Shown: positions 39,530 through 49,952, counted from the first letter of the stretch. The stretch: 64,000 nt of DNA from an uncultured bacterium (GCA_964011675.1 CAXGPR010000008.1:1158-65157); one strand, 5' to 3'. Translations and numbers: made by a program. Notes: generated by a model from the sequence alone, not told the origin.

Positions 39530-40530
39530 TAGGAAATCCTCTGTACGGGCTCGACCGCCGACAACACGTCCAGCTCAGCGCGCAGAGCCGGACTCAACTC
39601 AACCTTTAGCGCGCCGAGCACTTCCTCGACGTGCTCAGGCCGATCCGGTCCAATGATGGGCGCAGTAATCAGCGGGTTATCAATCAGCCAGGCGACAGCA
39701 ACCTGGGCAGCCGTCCGATCTTGTTCCTGGCCAATTTCAACCAGCTTTTGGACGAGCTTATCGGCCCGCTGATTCATAAAGCGATCAAAGCGATCTCCAT
39801 CACGAGCCCAGGGCGAATCTGCTGGCGGCGTTTGCCCACGGCGAAAATGGCCCGTTAACAAACCTATAGCCAGCGGACTGTAGGTCATCATACCAAGGCC
39901 AAAACGCTCGCACAGCGGCAATAGCTCTGGCTCTATCTCATTGCGGTGCAAAAGGCTATACTGATTTTGCAATATGACCCAGCGATCCAGTCCACCGCTT
40001 TCAGCAACCCAGAGCGCTTCTACTACCTGCGCCGCCGTAAAGTTACAGCCCCCCACATAGCGTACCTTGCCCTGACGCACTAGATCATCAAAAGCGCGTA
40101 GCGTTTCATCGAGGGGCGTATCGGGATCAAAATTATGTAATAGGTAGATATCGATGTAGTCTAACTGCATCCGCTCCAGCGAACGCTCAACTTCGCGCAT
40201 GATGTGAAAACGCGACAAACCGCGATCATTCACCCCTTCCCCGATCTGGCTCCATACCTTGGTCGTTATGACCAAATCATCCCGGTTGCCCATGTCGCGA
40301 ACCGCTCGGCCAAGCAGTTCTTCACAGCGTCCTTGAAAGTAGTAGTTCGCACAGTCGATAAAGTTTATCCCCCCCTCTACCGCCTTACGAATTGTCTCTG
40401 TGGCCGTCTTGGCATCCGTATGCCCATTCCAGTAACCGCGAAAAGCCGTCCCCAAGCATAGACGAGACACCTTAAGCCCAGACCGCCCCAATTTAACGTA
40501 GTCCATTTCCTGACTCATTTCGTATGCCAA
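39529..40530 (-). CDS. Aldo/keto reductase
   Basis: LGRSGLKVSRLCLGT, DCANYY, YIDIYLLH, GKVRYVG, YSPLA. Confidence 0.95.
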   Translation of the reverse strand: MAYEMSQEMDYVKLGRSGLKVSRLCLGTAFRGYWNGHTDAKTATETIRKAVEGGINFIDCANYYFQGRCEELLGRAVRDMGNRDDLVITTKVWSQIGEGVNDRGLSRFHIMREVERSLERMQLDYIDIYLLHNFDPDTPLDETLRAFDDLVRQGKVRYVGGCNFTAAQVVEALWVAESGGLDRWVILQNQYSLLHRNEIEPELLPLCERFGLGMMTYSPLAIGLLTGHFRRGQTPPADSPWARDGDRFDRFMNQRADKLVQKLVEIGQEQDRTAAQVAVAWLIDNPLITAPIIGPDRPEHVEEVLGALKVELSPALRAELDVLSAVEPVQRIS

Positions 40531-40557
40531 AAGTATAATAGAACCGCTGCCACATTA

Positions 40558-42477
40558 CTACCAAGAAACGGCGTATGAAGGTGGATTGACGTGCCGACTC
40601 AATCCGAGCGAAAGGCGAATTTCCGTGCCAGGAGGCAATACGACATCGACATATACATCGTTGATCTGGGCAGTCTCACTACCCGTAACAACTTCTGGAG
40701 TCGCATAATCCCCTACGGGTCCAGGATATTCGCTAACCAGATTATTATATGTAACTTGCGTAAAATCGTGCTCTCCCAGAGTACCAGCCTGCACGCGAAC
40801 TGTACGCTCGTTTAGTGCACTCAGATTTACTAAATGTAAATCAACTCGATCCTCTTCCACCGATTCTACAAGAGCTGCTACGTCGGACGGCAAACCCGGC
40901 CGTTCTGAATCGGGGTCGAAATGACGGATCGGCGCCAACAGCAGACCACCGTTATAAAGCATCTGCGGCGCGCCCAGCGTAAGCTGAATCAGTGCTTCGG
41001 TCGTCACCGGATTAAGCTGCTGCCACCAGTGGATATGATTGTCGCGCGGATCGGTCTCGTCTCGTCGCACCTGCTCCATCCGCCTATACACCTGCGCCAG
41101 ACTAGCTCGCAGAATTTGCTCGGGGTAGTCTGGATTTTCTCCCTGTATATAGGCGAACCACGGCTGTTCGTGACCGGCATCCTCCTTTGAATGGAAAGAG
41201 AATACCTTGCGCCAGTCATACGTCTCCCGTTCGCGGATCGTGGAAACCATGTTCCGGTCGACCTCATCACCACTCACATTCCAAATGGCCAGCGGGTACA
41301 TCGGTGCCAGCGGCTGCCAGTCGGACCAGCCGCTATCGCCGTAGCAGTAGGGCACGACCCAGCTGTCAGCCCTATCGCCAAGCGCCTGGATCTGCCCCGT
41401 CCAGTGATGTTCCAGACTCATCGGCTGTTCGTTTAGGTTGGCCATTTTGCCTTCGGACATCACCTTACGAATCTGATTGCGGGGCAGCTCCAAATATTTC
41501 TTCTCACCTGTAAGCAAAAAGCATTCGACGCCGGCCAAAATAGCGGCCATGGCAATATTGTAGAAGCCGTGTGGCCAAGTCCACCCATACATGCTACCGT
41601 ACCATTTACCACCCGTATACTCACCCACTTCACCCGACAGTCCCACATTATCGGGCAAAAAGCCATCATAGCTTGCAGCACGATCTATCCAAGCATCGAC
41701 ATATTCAAGCAGCCATCGCTTGTATTTTTCGTCTCCGGTCATCAGAAAGGCATTCACAATAAGCGAACAAACGTGTAAGTTTGTCGCTACATCTCCTTTT
41801 GCCATACGCTCTTTCATCGCTTGCCCCATGCGCTGCGCGTTGGCCGGATCTTTCAGATCTTCAACGGAGTCAATGCCTTCCAAGTCATCGTAGGGCAGCC
41901 CGTATACCGCCATACCTGGTGAATAGCCGTAGGAGGGTTCATCTGTATCCTGATAAAGCCAGCGCGGTCCTTTTGATCCATTGTGTGCGCAGAGCAGGAT
42001 TTTTTTCTCGGGATCGTAATTAATCGCCTCGGGATCCTCATTTAAAAAGAAACCAGCAAAACGACGCGCTCTTTCGACGTTTTGCTCGTGCGCAGGATTA
42101 GCCATACAGAGCAGGTAAAAGTATATATAGCTCTCGCTCTGGTGAAACTGATCGTAGCCGACTTCGTATTCCTTGTGGACGTGGCCAATCTCTTCCATAA
42201 GTCGGGTAGTCGCATCCCATTGACGCTGACCCAATTCCAACAGATGGTCTCCCCCACCGAGCAGATAAAGCAGCGGCCAATTGTAAAAACTCTCGTAGAA
42301 ATCGTCAGCGCCGTCTCTAGTTTGGTGGATTCCCTCCTGCCAGATAAGGCGGCCGTCACCGTGCGTATATTTTGCCAAAAACGGATACACAGCCTCTTCC
42401 ATCACGCCGATGAGCTGCCGCTCTAGCACGGCCCAAGCCGGTGCCTCTTCTAACGGTATTGTAGCCCGAATTTTCAT
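40558..42477 (-). CDS. Large conserved-looking hypothetical protein (Tyr/Trp/acid rich, possible alpha/alpha-barrel enzyme)
   Basis: 639-aa ORF with ATGA overlap to the SDR; RDGADDFYESFYNWPLLY and PDNVGLSG..GE...KWYG..YGWTWPHG motifs. Confidence 0.85.
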   Translation of the reverse strand: MKIRATIPLEEAPAWAVLERQLIGVMEEAVYPFLAKYTHGDGRLIWQEGIHQTRDGADDFYESFYNWPLLYLLGGGDHLLELGQRQWDATTRLMEEIGHVHKEYEVGYDQFHQSESYIYFYLLCMANPAHEQNVERARRFAGFFLNEDPEAINYDPEKKILLCAHNGSKGPRWLYQDTDEPSYGYSPGMAVYGLPYDDLEGIDSVEDLKDPANAQRMGQAMKERMAKGDVATNLHVCSLIVNAFLMTGDEKYKRWLLEYVDAWIDRAASYDGFLPDNVGLSGEVGEYTGGKWYGSMYGWTWPHGFYNIAMAAILAGVECFLLTGEKKYLELPRNQIRKVMSEGKMANLNEQPMSLEHHWTGQIQALGDRADSWVVPYCYGDSGWSDWQPLAPMYPLAIWNVSGDEVDRNMVSTIRERETYDWRKVFSFHSKEDAGHEQPWFAYIQGENPDYPEQILRASLAQVYRRMEQVRRDETDPRDNHIHWWQQLNPVTTEALIQLTLGAPQMLYNGGLLLAPIRHFDPDSERPGLPSDVAALVESVEEDRVDLHLVNLSALNERTVRVQAGTLGEHDFTQVTYNNLVSEYPGPVGDYATPEVVTGSETAQINDVYVDVVLPPGTEIRLSLGLSRHVNPPSYAVSW

Positions 42478-43229
42478 CCGCTCTCCCCTTTTACATTCCA
42501 GACCGAACCGGTCGTATACGTATTGCGTTCAGAGCAAAGAAACTCGATGACCTCAGCTACTTCTTCCGGATCGGAATAGCGCCCCATGGGATTGCCCGGA
42601 TCGTTTAGATGCGTCTGGGAAAAGCGCGGCACGACCATATCCGTTAGCGCGCGTCCCGGCTCAACACCGTTAACAAATACGCCCTGTTTCGCCCATACAT
42701 TACCCAGCGACTGGACAAAAGAAAATATGGCCCCCTTGGATACGGAATAGGGCACCTGATTGGGAGATCCGCGCCGCGCCCCAGAGGTAATCGTCAAACA
42801 GCGTCCCCAGCCCCCGTTAAGCATGTACGGAATCGCTGCCTGATGAGCATGATAAACGCCGCACACGTTGATATCCATCACTTTGGCAAACTGTTCGGGC
42901 GGCTGTTCGAGAAAGGGCTTTTCCCATCCCAAGATGCCGGCACAGCAAACTAATATATCGAGACGACCAAACGCTTTGGCCGCCTGATCTATTGCACGGT
43001 GCACTTGGTGTGGGTCAGTGACATCTGTTCTCATGTACAGCGCCCGCTGACCCAGCGCCTCAATATCGGCGACCGTCCGTTCTCCCTCTTCGTCCAACAC
43101 GTCTAATAGGGCAATCGCCCGGCCTTCCTCAGCGATACGCAGCGCCGTAGCACGGCCCAGTCCGCGCGCCCCGCCCGTAATACAGGCCACGCGTGGTTCC
43201 CTAGGCGCGGCAAAACGCAAATTAGCCAT
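42474..43229 (-). CDS. Short-chain dehydrogenase/reductase
   Basis: TGGARGLG, CCAG, YSVSK. Confidence 0.93.
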   Translation of the reverse strand: MANLRFAAPREPRVACITGGARGLGRATALRIAEEGRAIALLDVLDEEGERTVADIEALGQRALYMRTDVTDPHQVHRAIDQAAKAFGRLDILVCCAGILGWEKPFLEQPPEQFAKVMDINVCGVYHAHQAAIPYMLNGGWGRCLTITSGARRGSPNQVPYSVSKGAIFSFVQSLGNVWAKQGVFVNGVEPGRALTDMVVPRFSQTHLNDPGNPMGRYSDPEEVAEVIEFLCSERNTYTTGSVWNVKGESG

Positions 43230-43374
43230 AAATTTCTCCCTTTTTTATTGGCTTCAATATCGCTAATGCACAGGCGGTACTCAACCGGCCCGATAGACTT
43301 CGGTGACCAAGCGTTTGGCGCCCTCTTTACTCCGTGCTACATTAACTGGATTGGATCATCAACAGGAGCCCTTT

Positions 43375-44502
43375 ATGAAAATCGAACAAGTAGAAACTCT
43401 CCTCATCGGCAATGGCCTTGTAGTACGCCTGACCACCGACAGTGGCCTTACCGGCCTCGGACAAACCGCCTGCTGGGGATATCCCACGGCCGTGCAGAGC
43501 ATTATCGACGTCTATAAAGATTATCTCATAGGTCAGAACCCGCTGCAGATCGAACACCACTGGAACCACCTATACCGCATGGCACCGTTCAGAGGCACCG
43601 CGATTATGGGAGCCGTCGCAGCAATTGATATCGCCCTATACGATATCAAAGGAAAACACTTTGAAGTGCCCGCATGGGAACTGCTTGGAGGTAGCGTTCG
43701 AGACAAAATCCGCCTCCACCTGCTGTCGGGTGGCGACACGCCCGAAGCCAACTTCACCTCGGCCAAAGCGGCCGTCAAAGAGGGCTTCACCGCAGTTAAA
43801 TTTGACCCCTTGCCAGGGGGCTACCAGGACATGGCACAGGCGCGACTCATCGACACGGCCGTTGAAATCACCGCCGCCGCACGAGAAGCAGGCGGCCCCG
43901 ACCTGGATCTGATTATCGAATTGCACAGGAAGTTAACGCCAATGGTCGCCCTTGACCTAGCCGATGCGCTCAAGCCGTTTCACGTGCTTTTCCTCGAAGA
44001 TCCCATACAGATCGACAGCATCTCCTCGCAGGCTCAAATTTCGGCCAAATCACCTCTGCCTTTTGGCAACGGCGAGCGATTTGTTTCCATATGGGAATTC
44101 CGCGAACTCTTAGAACAGGGCGGGCCTCAATACATCCGCCCTGACGTAGCGCTAGCCGGCGGCTTGACGCACTGCAAGAAAATCGCAGCCATCGCCGAGA
44201 GTTACCACTGCGCCGTAGTTACGCACAATTTCTTGAGTCCGCTAATCACCGCCGCTTCGCTGCACTTGGATGCCACGATTCCTAACTTTGTCACGCAGGA
44301 ATACACCAAGAACGATGAGGCGCCGCACCATGCCGTATTTAAAACCTGCTACCAGCGCGAGGGCGGCTATATCGCCCTTCCCGAAGCACCCGGTCTTGGC
44401 GTCGAACTCGACGAAGTGCTCGTCGAAAAAACCCCCTACAAACCAATGACTTCCGGTCACACTCCGCTGCGCTCTGACGGCTCAGTGGCCAACGCCGTAT
44501 AA
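43375..44502 (+). CDS. Enolase-superfamily acid-sugar dehydratase (DgoD-like)
   Basis: DIALYDIKGK, LLGG.VRD, FLEDP, GERF, RPDV, HN, EAPGLG; AGGAG RBS. Confidence 0.9.
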   Translation: MKIEQVETLLIGNGLVVRLTTDSGLTGLGQTACWGYPTAVQSIIDVYKDYLIGQNPLQIEHHWNHLYRMAPFRGTAIMGAVAAIDIALYDIKGKHFEVPAWELLGGSVRDKIRLHLLSGGDTPEANFTSAKAAVKEGFTAVKFDPLPGGYQDMAQARLIDTAVEITAAAREAGGPDLDLIIELHRKLTPMVALDLADALKPFHVLFLEDPIQIDSISSQAQISAKSPLPFGNGERFVSIWEFRELLEQGGPQYIRPDVALAGGLTHCKKIAAIAESYHCAVVTHNFLSPLITAASLHLDATIPNFVTQEYTKNDEAPHHAVFKTCYQREGGYIALPEAPGLGVELDEVLVEKTPYKPMTSGHTPLRSDGSVANAV

Positions 44503-44513
44503 GGTACGAGATC

Positions 44514-45923
44514 ATGACCGACCGTCCCCATATGCTGCTTATCTTAACCGACCACTGGCGAGGAGACTGTCTGGGCCGTCTCGGCCATCCCGCCGTGGAA
44601 ACGCCCCATTTAGACTCTCTTTCTGCACGCGGCACCACGTTTACTCGGGCCTACACGCCCTGTCCTTCCTGCGTAGCTGCGCGGCGATCTCTTATGACGG
44701 GTATGACCCCCTATAGCCAGGGGATGGTCGGATACCGAGATGGGCAGCCGTGGGACTATCCACATACGCTGGCCGGCGAGCTAACTTCGGCAGGCTACCA
44801 GACGATAAATATCGGCAAAACTCATTTCTATCCCGTTCGCAAGCACTTGGGGTATGAGCAGCTCGTCATTCCGACCGACTATGAAGAATGGCTATCCCAA
44901 CAGCCTGGAATAGAGACGGAGAAGCTGGCCCACGGCGTGCCGGCCAACTCTTGGCTTGGGCGTCCCAACCATCTACCCGAGCATCAGATGGAAGAGACGT
45001 ACTTTGTGGGGCAGGCTCTCGACTTCCTGCACAAGCGAGACCCAACGCGTCCCTTTTTTCTGACGCTGTCGTTTAACGGTCCGCATCCTCCCTGGTGTCC
45101 ACCCCAAGTCTACTATGACCAGTTTATTGATCGAGACCTGCCAAAACCCGAAATCGGCGATTGGGCGGAGCGGCATGCTCGAGATGCCCGCTATCCCCTC
45201 GACGTCAACGCTTGGCGAGGAACGCTGCCCGAGCATATTGTACACAGAGCGAGAGCTGCCTACTTTGCCTATTTATCTTTTCTCGACGCGCAAATTGGCC
45301 GATTGGTCGAACGCTTGCAGCGCAGCGGCCTGCTCGACAATACGCTCATCGTTTTTACATCCGACCACGGAGAGATGCTCGGCGATCACCACCTGTGGCG
45401 AAAGACTTACGCCTACGAAGCCTCGGCCCGCGTTCCGCTCATAGCCGTTGCTCCTGAATCCATCAACGCAAAGCGCAACGTCGAATGCGACGGGCTCGTT
45501 GGCTGGGAAGACATCATGCCCACGTTTCTACAGGCGGCTGCTACTGACCAACCAGAGAGCGTGGAGGGACACAGTATACTCGGGCTCCTAAACGATCCGT
45601 CCGATATACTGCGTCCCTTTTACCACGGCGAACACGCCCCCTGCTATCATCCAGAAAATGCCAACCAGTTTTTGACCGATGCACGGTGGAAATATATCTG
45701 GAATCCAATAAATGGAGAGGAACAGCTTTTTGACCTGCGGGCCGACCCACACGAATGCGCGGATCTGGCACAGAAAGAACCCGAAGTTCTATCGCATTGG
45801 CGAAAAACCATGGCGCGCCAATTGGTCGGCAGACAGGAGCAGCTTTCGGATGGAACGCAGTTGAGAACGGGGGACGTGCAAGCGTGTCGCTTTGCCCAAG
45901 CCGACGAGCTTCACTTAGGGTAG
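44514..45923 (+). CDS. Cys-type sulfatase
   Basis: TDHWRGD, CVAARRSLMTG (CxAxR), GKTH, PHPP, TSDHGEMLGDH. Confidence 0.93.
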   Translation: MTDRPHMLLILTDHWRGDCLGRLGHPAVETPHLDSLSARGTTFTRAYTPCPSCVAARRSLMTGMTPYSQGMVGYRDGQPWDYPHTLAGELTSAGYQTINIGKTHFYPVRKHLGYEQLVIPTDYEEWLSQQPGIETEKLAHGVPANSWLGRPNHLPEHQMEETYFVGQALDFLHKRDPTRPFFLTLSFNGPHPPWCPPQVYYDQFIDRDLPKPEIGDWAERHARDARYPLDVNAWRGTLPEHIVHRARAAYFAYLSFLDAQIGRLVERLQRSGLLDNTLIVFTSDHGEMLGDHHLWRKTYAYEASARVPLIAVAPESINAKRNVECDGLVGWEDIMPTFLQAAATDQPESVEGHSILGLLNDPSDILRPFYHGEHAPCYHPENANQFLTDARWKYIWNPINGEEQLFDLRADPHECADLAQKEPEVLSHWRKTMARQLVGRQEQLSDGTQLRTGDVQACRFAQADELHLG

Positions 45924-45924
45924 G

Positions 45925-47598
45925 CTACGGAAGCAACTTTTTCTCTGTTGCCGACCAGGTTCCGCAGCGTATTTGAATCGTCCTCTTCAATGGGGCCATA
46001 TCCGTAATCAACAGGCGGAAAACGTCCGAACTGCTTTCGCTGTTGCGCATGGCCCACATACTGTGAGCGTGACTTCCAGGCCCAACGGATATAGCATCAT
46101 TACCCACCCGATAGAGAGCTGTTCCACGCTTGAGAAAAGCTGTATTGCCCTCTTTGCCCTCGAGGAGCACGTTTTCCGTCTCCAAGGTTCCCCCTGGCGT
46201 AAAACTGAATTCAATTTGAAAAGGGACGCCGTCGAGACCGCCGGACGTCGCCAAGTGGAGGTCAAATCCTCCCTCGACGCTTACCATGCGCAGCGACACC
46301 TGCAACGGGGGGAGCTCGTAAGTCGCACGCCGACCGCGCACCTCCTGCCAGTTTTCCGCATCGACCTGTTCATCGATTGGCAGCCAGTAAATTCCCCCTC
46401 GATAATCTTTTTCCGGGTAAATCTTATTGTGCCCCATGTGCTGAAGATGCGCTTCGCGCTCGGAGCCGACAAAATCCTCTCCGACAAACTGACCCGTGGC
46501 AAAATAGGTTGAGCACAGCTTGAGAGTCATCTCTGCCTGCCCGTATACAACGGAAAAGGGCGAGGTCAGCCCCGCTGCAGCAGTTGCGCTCGCCCCACCG
46601 CGACGCACACGCCACAGCCCCGAAACGGGAAAGGATTTGGCATAGCTAGTAGGCAGTTTTTCGCGCGCCACCTCGGCCGTTCGCCACGCTGGATTCAGAG
46701 CAAAGTTAGGCAAACACACAATGCTGCTTTTCCCCCGCTCCACTAGCCAATCTGCTACGGCAGCGTAAAAGCCATTGTCGTCAATATGAGCCATGGCTTG
46801 ATAGCCGTCAGCTAGGGTCGTCGGCACTGAACGCGCGCCGCGATCCTGCCTGCGGGATATACTGGTGACTACGGTCGCATCGCCGTGTAACATATGGTAG
46901 TTGAAGTCGAGGTTCCGGCGCACTGGGTCCAGCAACTCGGGCCGGCTCAACGCTTGGGAGGCCAGAATGAGAGACCGATTTACGACGGCGTTATATACGC
47001 CTGTACTGCGTTCGATATACTCACCGTCGGCATTGCAGTCTATTGTCTCGGCTAGATAGGCCTCGATTGTATCCTGTACTTCGATATCGGGAAACAGTTC
47101 TTTAGCCAGCGAAAGAGCCGCAACCAGAACCCATCGATGGTTAGGCGTGTGGAATCCTCCGTTGACCATGCCCGGCACACCACTTAGGATCAACTCACCC
47201 AGCGATTCTGCGATTTGCTGAGCGCCCTCATCACCCTCTGCGACTCGCGCTAACTTAACGGCGGGCGCCAACGACTTAGTTATGAAGCCAGTATCTGGAG
47301 ACGAGTCAAAATTAGTAATCAGTAGATCGTAATTGCCCGAGGGCCGGCGACGACGACGACCGAAATCGCCCACCATGAGAATGCGCTCGAGGAGTTCCGG
47401 ACTTTGGTAGTGCGATGATTCGCGCAGTAAGTAAGCGTAGGCCAGCGTAGATGCAGAGGATACGCTGTTGGGCCCCACAAGTCCATCGCCGTCCATAAAT
47501 CCACCACAATCTGTACTGCGTTCGTCCACAATCTGACGGGCGAGAAGCCGCGGCAAGCTGATTTCTAATTCCCGGATTACCTGACCATACTCAACCAT
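45925..47598 (-). CDS. Hypothetical protein, heparinase II/III-like architecture
   Basis: 557 aa; GGFHTPNHRWV and DGEYIERSTGVYN in a helical N-terminal half, beta-rich C-terminal half; AGGAG RBS. Confidence 0.75.
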   Translation of the reverse strand: MVEYGQVIRELEISLPRLLARQIVDERSTDCGGFMDGDGLVGPNSVSSASTLAYAYLLRESSHYQSPELLERILMVGDFGRRRRRPSGNYDLLITNFDSSPDTGFITKSLAPAVKLARVAEGDEGAQQIAESLGELILSGVPGMVNGGFHTPNHRWVLVAALSLAKELFPDIEVQDTIEAYLAETIDCNADGEYIERSTGVYNAVVNRSLILASQALSRPELLDPVRRNLDFNYHMLHGDATVVTSISRRQDRGARSVPTTLADGYQAMAHIDDNGFYAAVADWLVERGKSSIVCLPNFALNPAWRTAEVAREKLPTSYAKSFPVSGLWRVRRGGASATAAAGLTSPFSVVYGQAEMTLKLCSTYFATGQFVGEDFVGSEREAHLQHMGHNKIYPEKDYRGGIYWLPIDEQVDAENWQEVRGRRATYELPPLQVSLRMVSVEGGFDLHLATSGGLDGVPFQIEFSFTPGGTLETENVLLEGKEGNTAFLKRGTALYRVGNDAISVGPGSHAHSMWAMRNSESSSDVFRLLITDMAPLKRTIQIRCGTWSATEKKLLP

Positions 47599-47614
47599 GC
47601 CCTCTCCTTTCTCT

Positions 47615-47830
47615 ATAGCGCGCTACGCACACCGTGTGTTTTAGATCCGCAGATTTATATAAGCGGCTTCCGTCAAACGAACCACTTGTAGGGCAAAATA
47701 GGCCTCTTCGTAGCCTTTTCCTCTCCGTATCCGACGGAAGAGAGCCGCATCAGGACTTCACTCTTCAATCCGTGCGGGCACGTCCAGCGGTTCAATGTTC
47801 AGCAGCACCTGGCGTATCACCCACAGCCAA
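47615..47830 (-). pseudogene. Remnant of an oxidoreductase (Gfo/Idh/MocA-like) C-terminus
   Basis: Hand translation QVLLNIEPLDVPARIEE*SPDAALFRRIRRG...ALQVVRLTEAAY; TGA at 47758-47760. Boundaries approximate. Confidence 0.45.
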
Positions 47831-47874
47831 TTAGGCGAGGCGAATCTTCTTTTTCGCCAAAGGGACTCCACCAT

Positions 47875-48681
47875 TCAACGCGTTTGTTTTATCAAACTAA
47901 AAAGCGGTGCTACGGCGCCGAACATACCGGGAAAGCGAAAAACCTCCTCATCTGCCCGGGCGACTCGAGCCATCGTCGTTTCACTTAAAAGAACACGCTG
48001 TCGGTCAAAGAAAAGATCCTCATCATGTGTGACGTAAGATCCGACCGTCCGCGCGCTTTCACGCAACGAGTGAATCTCTGCCACATCAGCTATGCGCACT
48101 GCCATCGCATCAAAGAAGCGATCGAGCACCACTTTTCGCTCTTGGGACATCATTGCGGAGGTCTCCTCAAAAGCAGCGTAACAATATAGTAAGCGTTCAC
48201 GCCAATCCTCAGGCGCAGGTCCCTCGATTACAAAAGGGCCCGCATTGCCGTGCAACGGCGTGTGATCTTGAGTTTGAAAGGCTACTAAAACGCGTCCACC
48301 TTTAGCGGGCCGGGCCCGTAACCGCACAACAGTCCTCGGTTCAATCGCAACGACCTCACCATTGGAAACAGCACGAGTTGCAACCCCTTCTCCCCTCAAC
48401 ACATCGACATATGCTTCTTGGCTAAAGTGCACCTGAATGTATTCACGCGGCAGACCCTCGATACCGCAGCGTCCGAAGGGCATAGAATATGCCCATAGAG
48501 GATCCATCTCTCCTTCAAGCACCGCTTCTCTCTGCAGATTAGATAGAGTGCTTGCTAGCACCTTGGCTTCCTGCTCTGCCGAGGTTTCCACAACCGAAAA
48601 ACCGACCGTCTTATCGCATTTCACCCGATAGGGGATTCCATATCCAAAAAGGCGATGGCACAATATCGAATCAATCTTCAT
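47875..48681 (-). CDS. Hypothetical protein, possibly degenerate cupin
   Basis: 268-aa ORF with ATGA overlap to the upstream aminotransferase. Confidence 0.75.
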   Translation of the reverse strand: MKIDSILCHRLFGYGIPYRVKCDKTVGFSVVETSAEQEAKVLASTLSNLQREAVLEGEMDPLWAYSMPFGRCGIEGLPREYIQVHFSQEAYVDVLRGEGVATRAVSNGEVVAIEPRTVVRLRARPAKGGRVLVAFQTQDHTPLHGNAGPFVIEGPAPEDWRERLLYCYAAFEETSAMMSQERKVVLDRFFDAMAVRIADVAEIHSLRESARTVGSYVTHDEDLFFDRQRVLLSETTMARVARADEEVFRFPGMFGAVAPLFSLIKQTR

Positions 48682-49952
48682 GCGCACAGCTCATCTGCAC
48701 GATGGATCACCTTGCGAATAGCCGCTACATATGCGTCAATCACTTCGGGGCGATAATGCTTAAACCAAGGGATAGAGAAACAACGTTCGGGAAGCGTTTC
48801 CGAAACTGGCAGCGACCCTACTCCCTGTCGCAAATCCCGATCGGAGAAGGCTATCCGAGTCGGCTTTCCGTCACCATAAATATCGGCTTCATTCAACACG
48901 GAATGCAGGTGCATCAACGGATTAGCACCCGGCCTGAGACCAAACGTTCCCCCCTCTGCATTGACCGCCTCGCAAAAGCGAGCGACCGGCAGCCCGCCTA
49001 ATTCTTCGGCTACATAAAGCCCTTTAGCGGCATACCACCCTCCCATTGTACTTCCGCTTTCTTTTGGAGGTCGATGAGCCTTAATTCCAGGCACATCTTC
49101 TAACTGGTCCCAGAAGTAATTCATAGCTTTTTGAATGACTGCTATCCGACGATCATAGTGTTTGAGCTGCACCCGTCCCACCGCCGAAGAAAGCTGGTGC
49201 ATGCGATACTTGTAGCCCCCCAACGGCATTCCTTGGAAGGGAGCCAACTCGGCGTCCTCCACTCCAAACGAACGCTGATAGTGTCCAAAAGAGACAGCCC
49301 GTTCGTAAATCTGCTTGTCTTTTGTTACCAGAAAACCGCCTTCGCCACACGGCAGCGACTTGCCAGACATGATCGACATCGCACCCACGTGGCCGATCGT
49401 ACCCAGAAGTCGTCCCTTATACAGACCACCCTGCGCATGAGATACGTCTTCTATCACCTTGATACCCCGGCGCTCCGCGATCTCCATAATCGGATCCATA
49501 TCCGTCGGATAAGCACTGTAATGAACGACGATAATTGCCTTGGTTCGATCCGTTATGCGCGATTCGACATCGGCCGGATCCAGCGTCAGGGTGAGCGGAT
49601 CCATCTCGCCGAAAACGACCGTAGCCCCCAGGGAAAAAACCTGTAAAGCAGACCCCCAGTAGGTCATACTTTGGCATATCACTTCGTCTCCTCGGCGCAC
49701 GCCACACGCCCACATAGCGGCTTGGATAGCCGCCGTACCCGTGTTGTGACAAAGCGCATGGGGTAGGTTGAAATAGCCACAAAGCTCTTCTTCAAACTGA
49801 CGGGTTACGTCCGTTCCTGACATGGCCCCTCTGCGCAGGACTGCCAGTACTGCCTCTTCATCTTCCAGTGTGATAATAGGCCAGCGAAAGATATCGCCAT
49901 CCTCTATCGATTTTAGGGTCTTTGTGCCACCCAATAGGGCTAAATCACTCAT
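48678..49952 (-). CDS. DegT/DnrJ/EryC1/StrS PLP aminotransferase
   Basis: LALLGG start, GTAAI, GDEVI, EDVSHAQG, SGKSLPCGEGG. Confidence 0.93.
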   Translation of the reverse strand: MSDLALLGGTKTLKSIEDGDIFRWPIITLEDEEAVLAVLRRGAMSGTDVTRQFEEELCGYFNLPHALCHNTGTAAIQAAMWACGVRRGDEVICQSMTYWGSALQVFSLGATVVFGEMDPLTLTLDPADVESRITDRTKAIIVVHYSAYPTDMDPIMEIAERRGIKVIEDVSHAQGGLYKGRLLGTIGHVGAMSIMSGKSLPCGEGGFLVTKDKQIYERAVSFGHYQRSFGVEDAELAPFQGMPLGGYKYRMHQLSSAVGRVQLKHYDRRIAVIQKAMNYFWDQLEDVPGIKAHRPPKESGSTMGGWYAAKGLYVAEELGGLPVARFCEAVNAEGGTFGLRPGANPLMHLHSVLNEADIYGDGKPTRIAFSDRDLRQGVGSLPVSETLPERCFSIPWFKHYRPEVIDAYVAAIRKVIHRADELCA

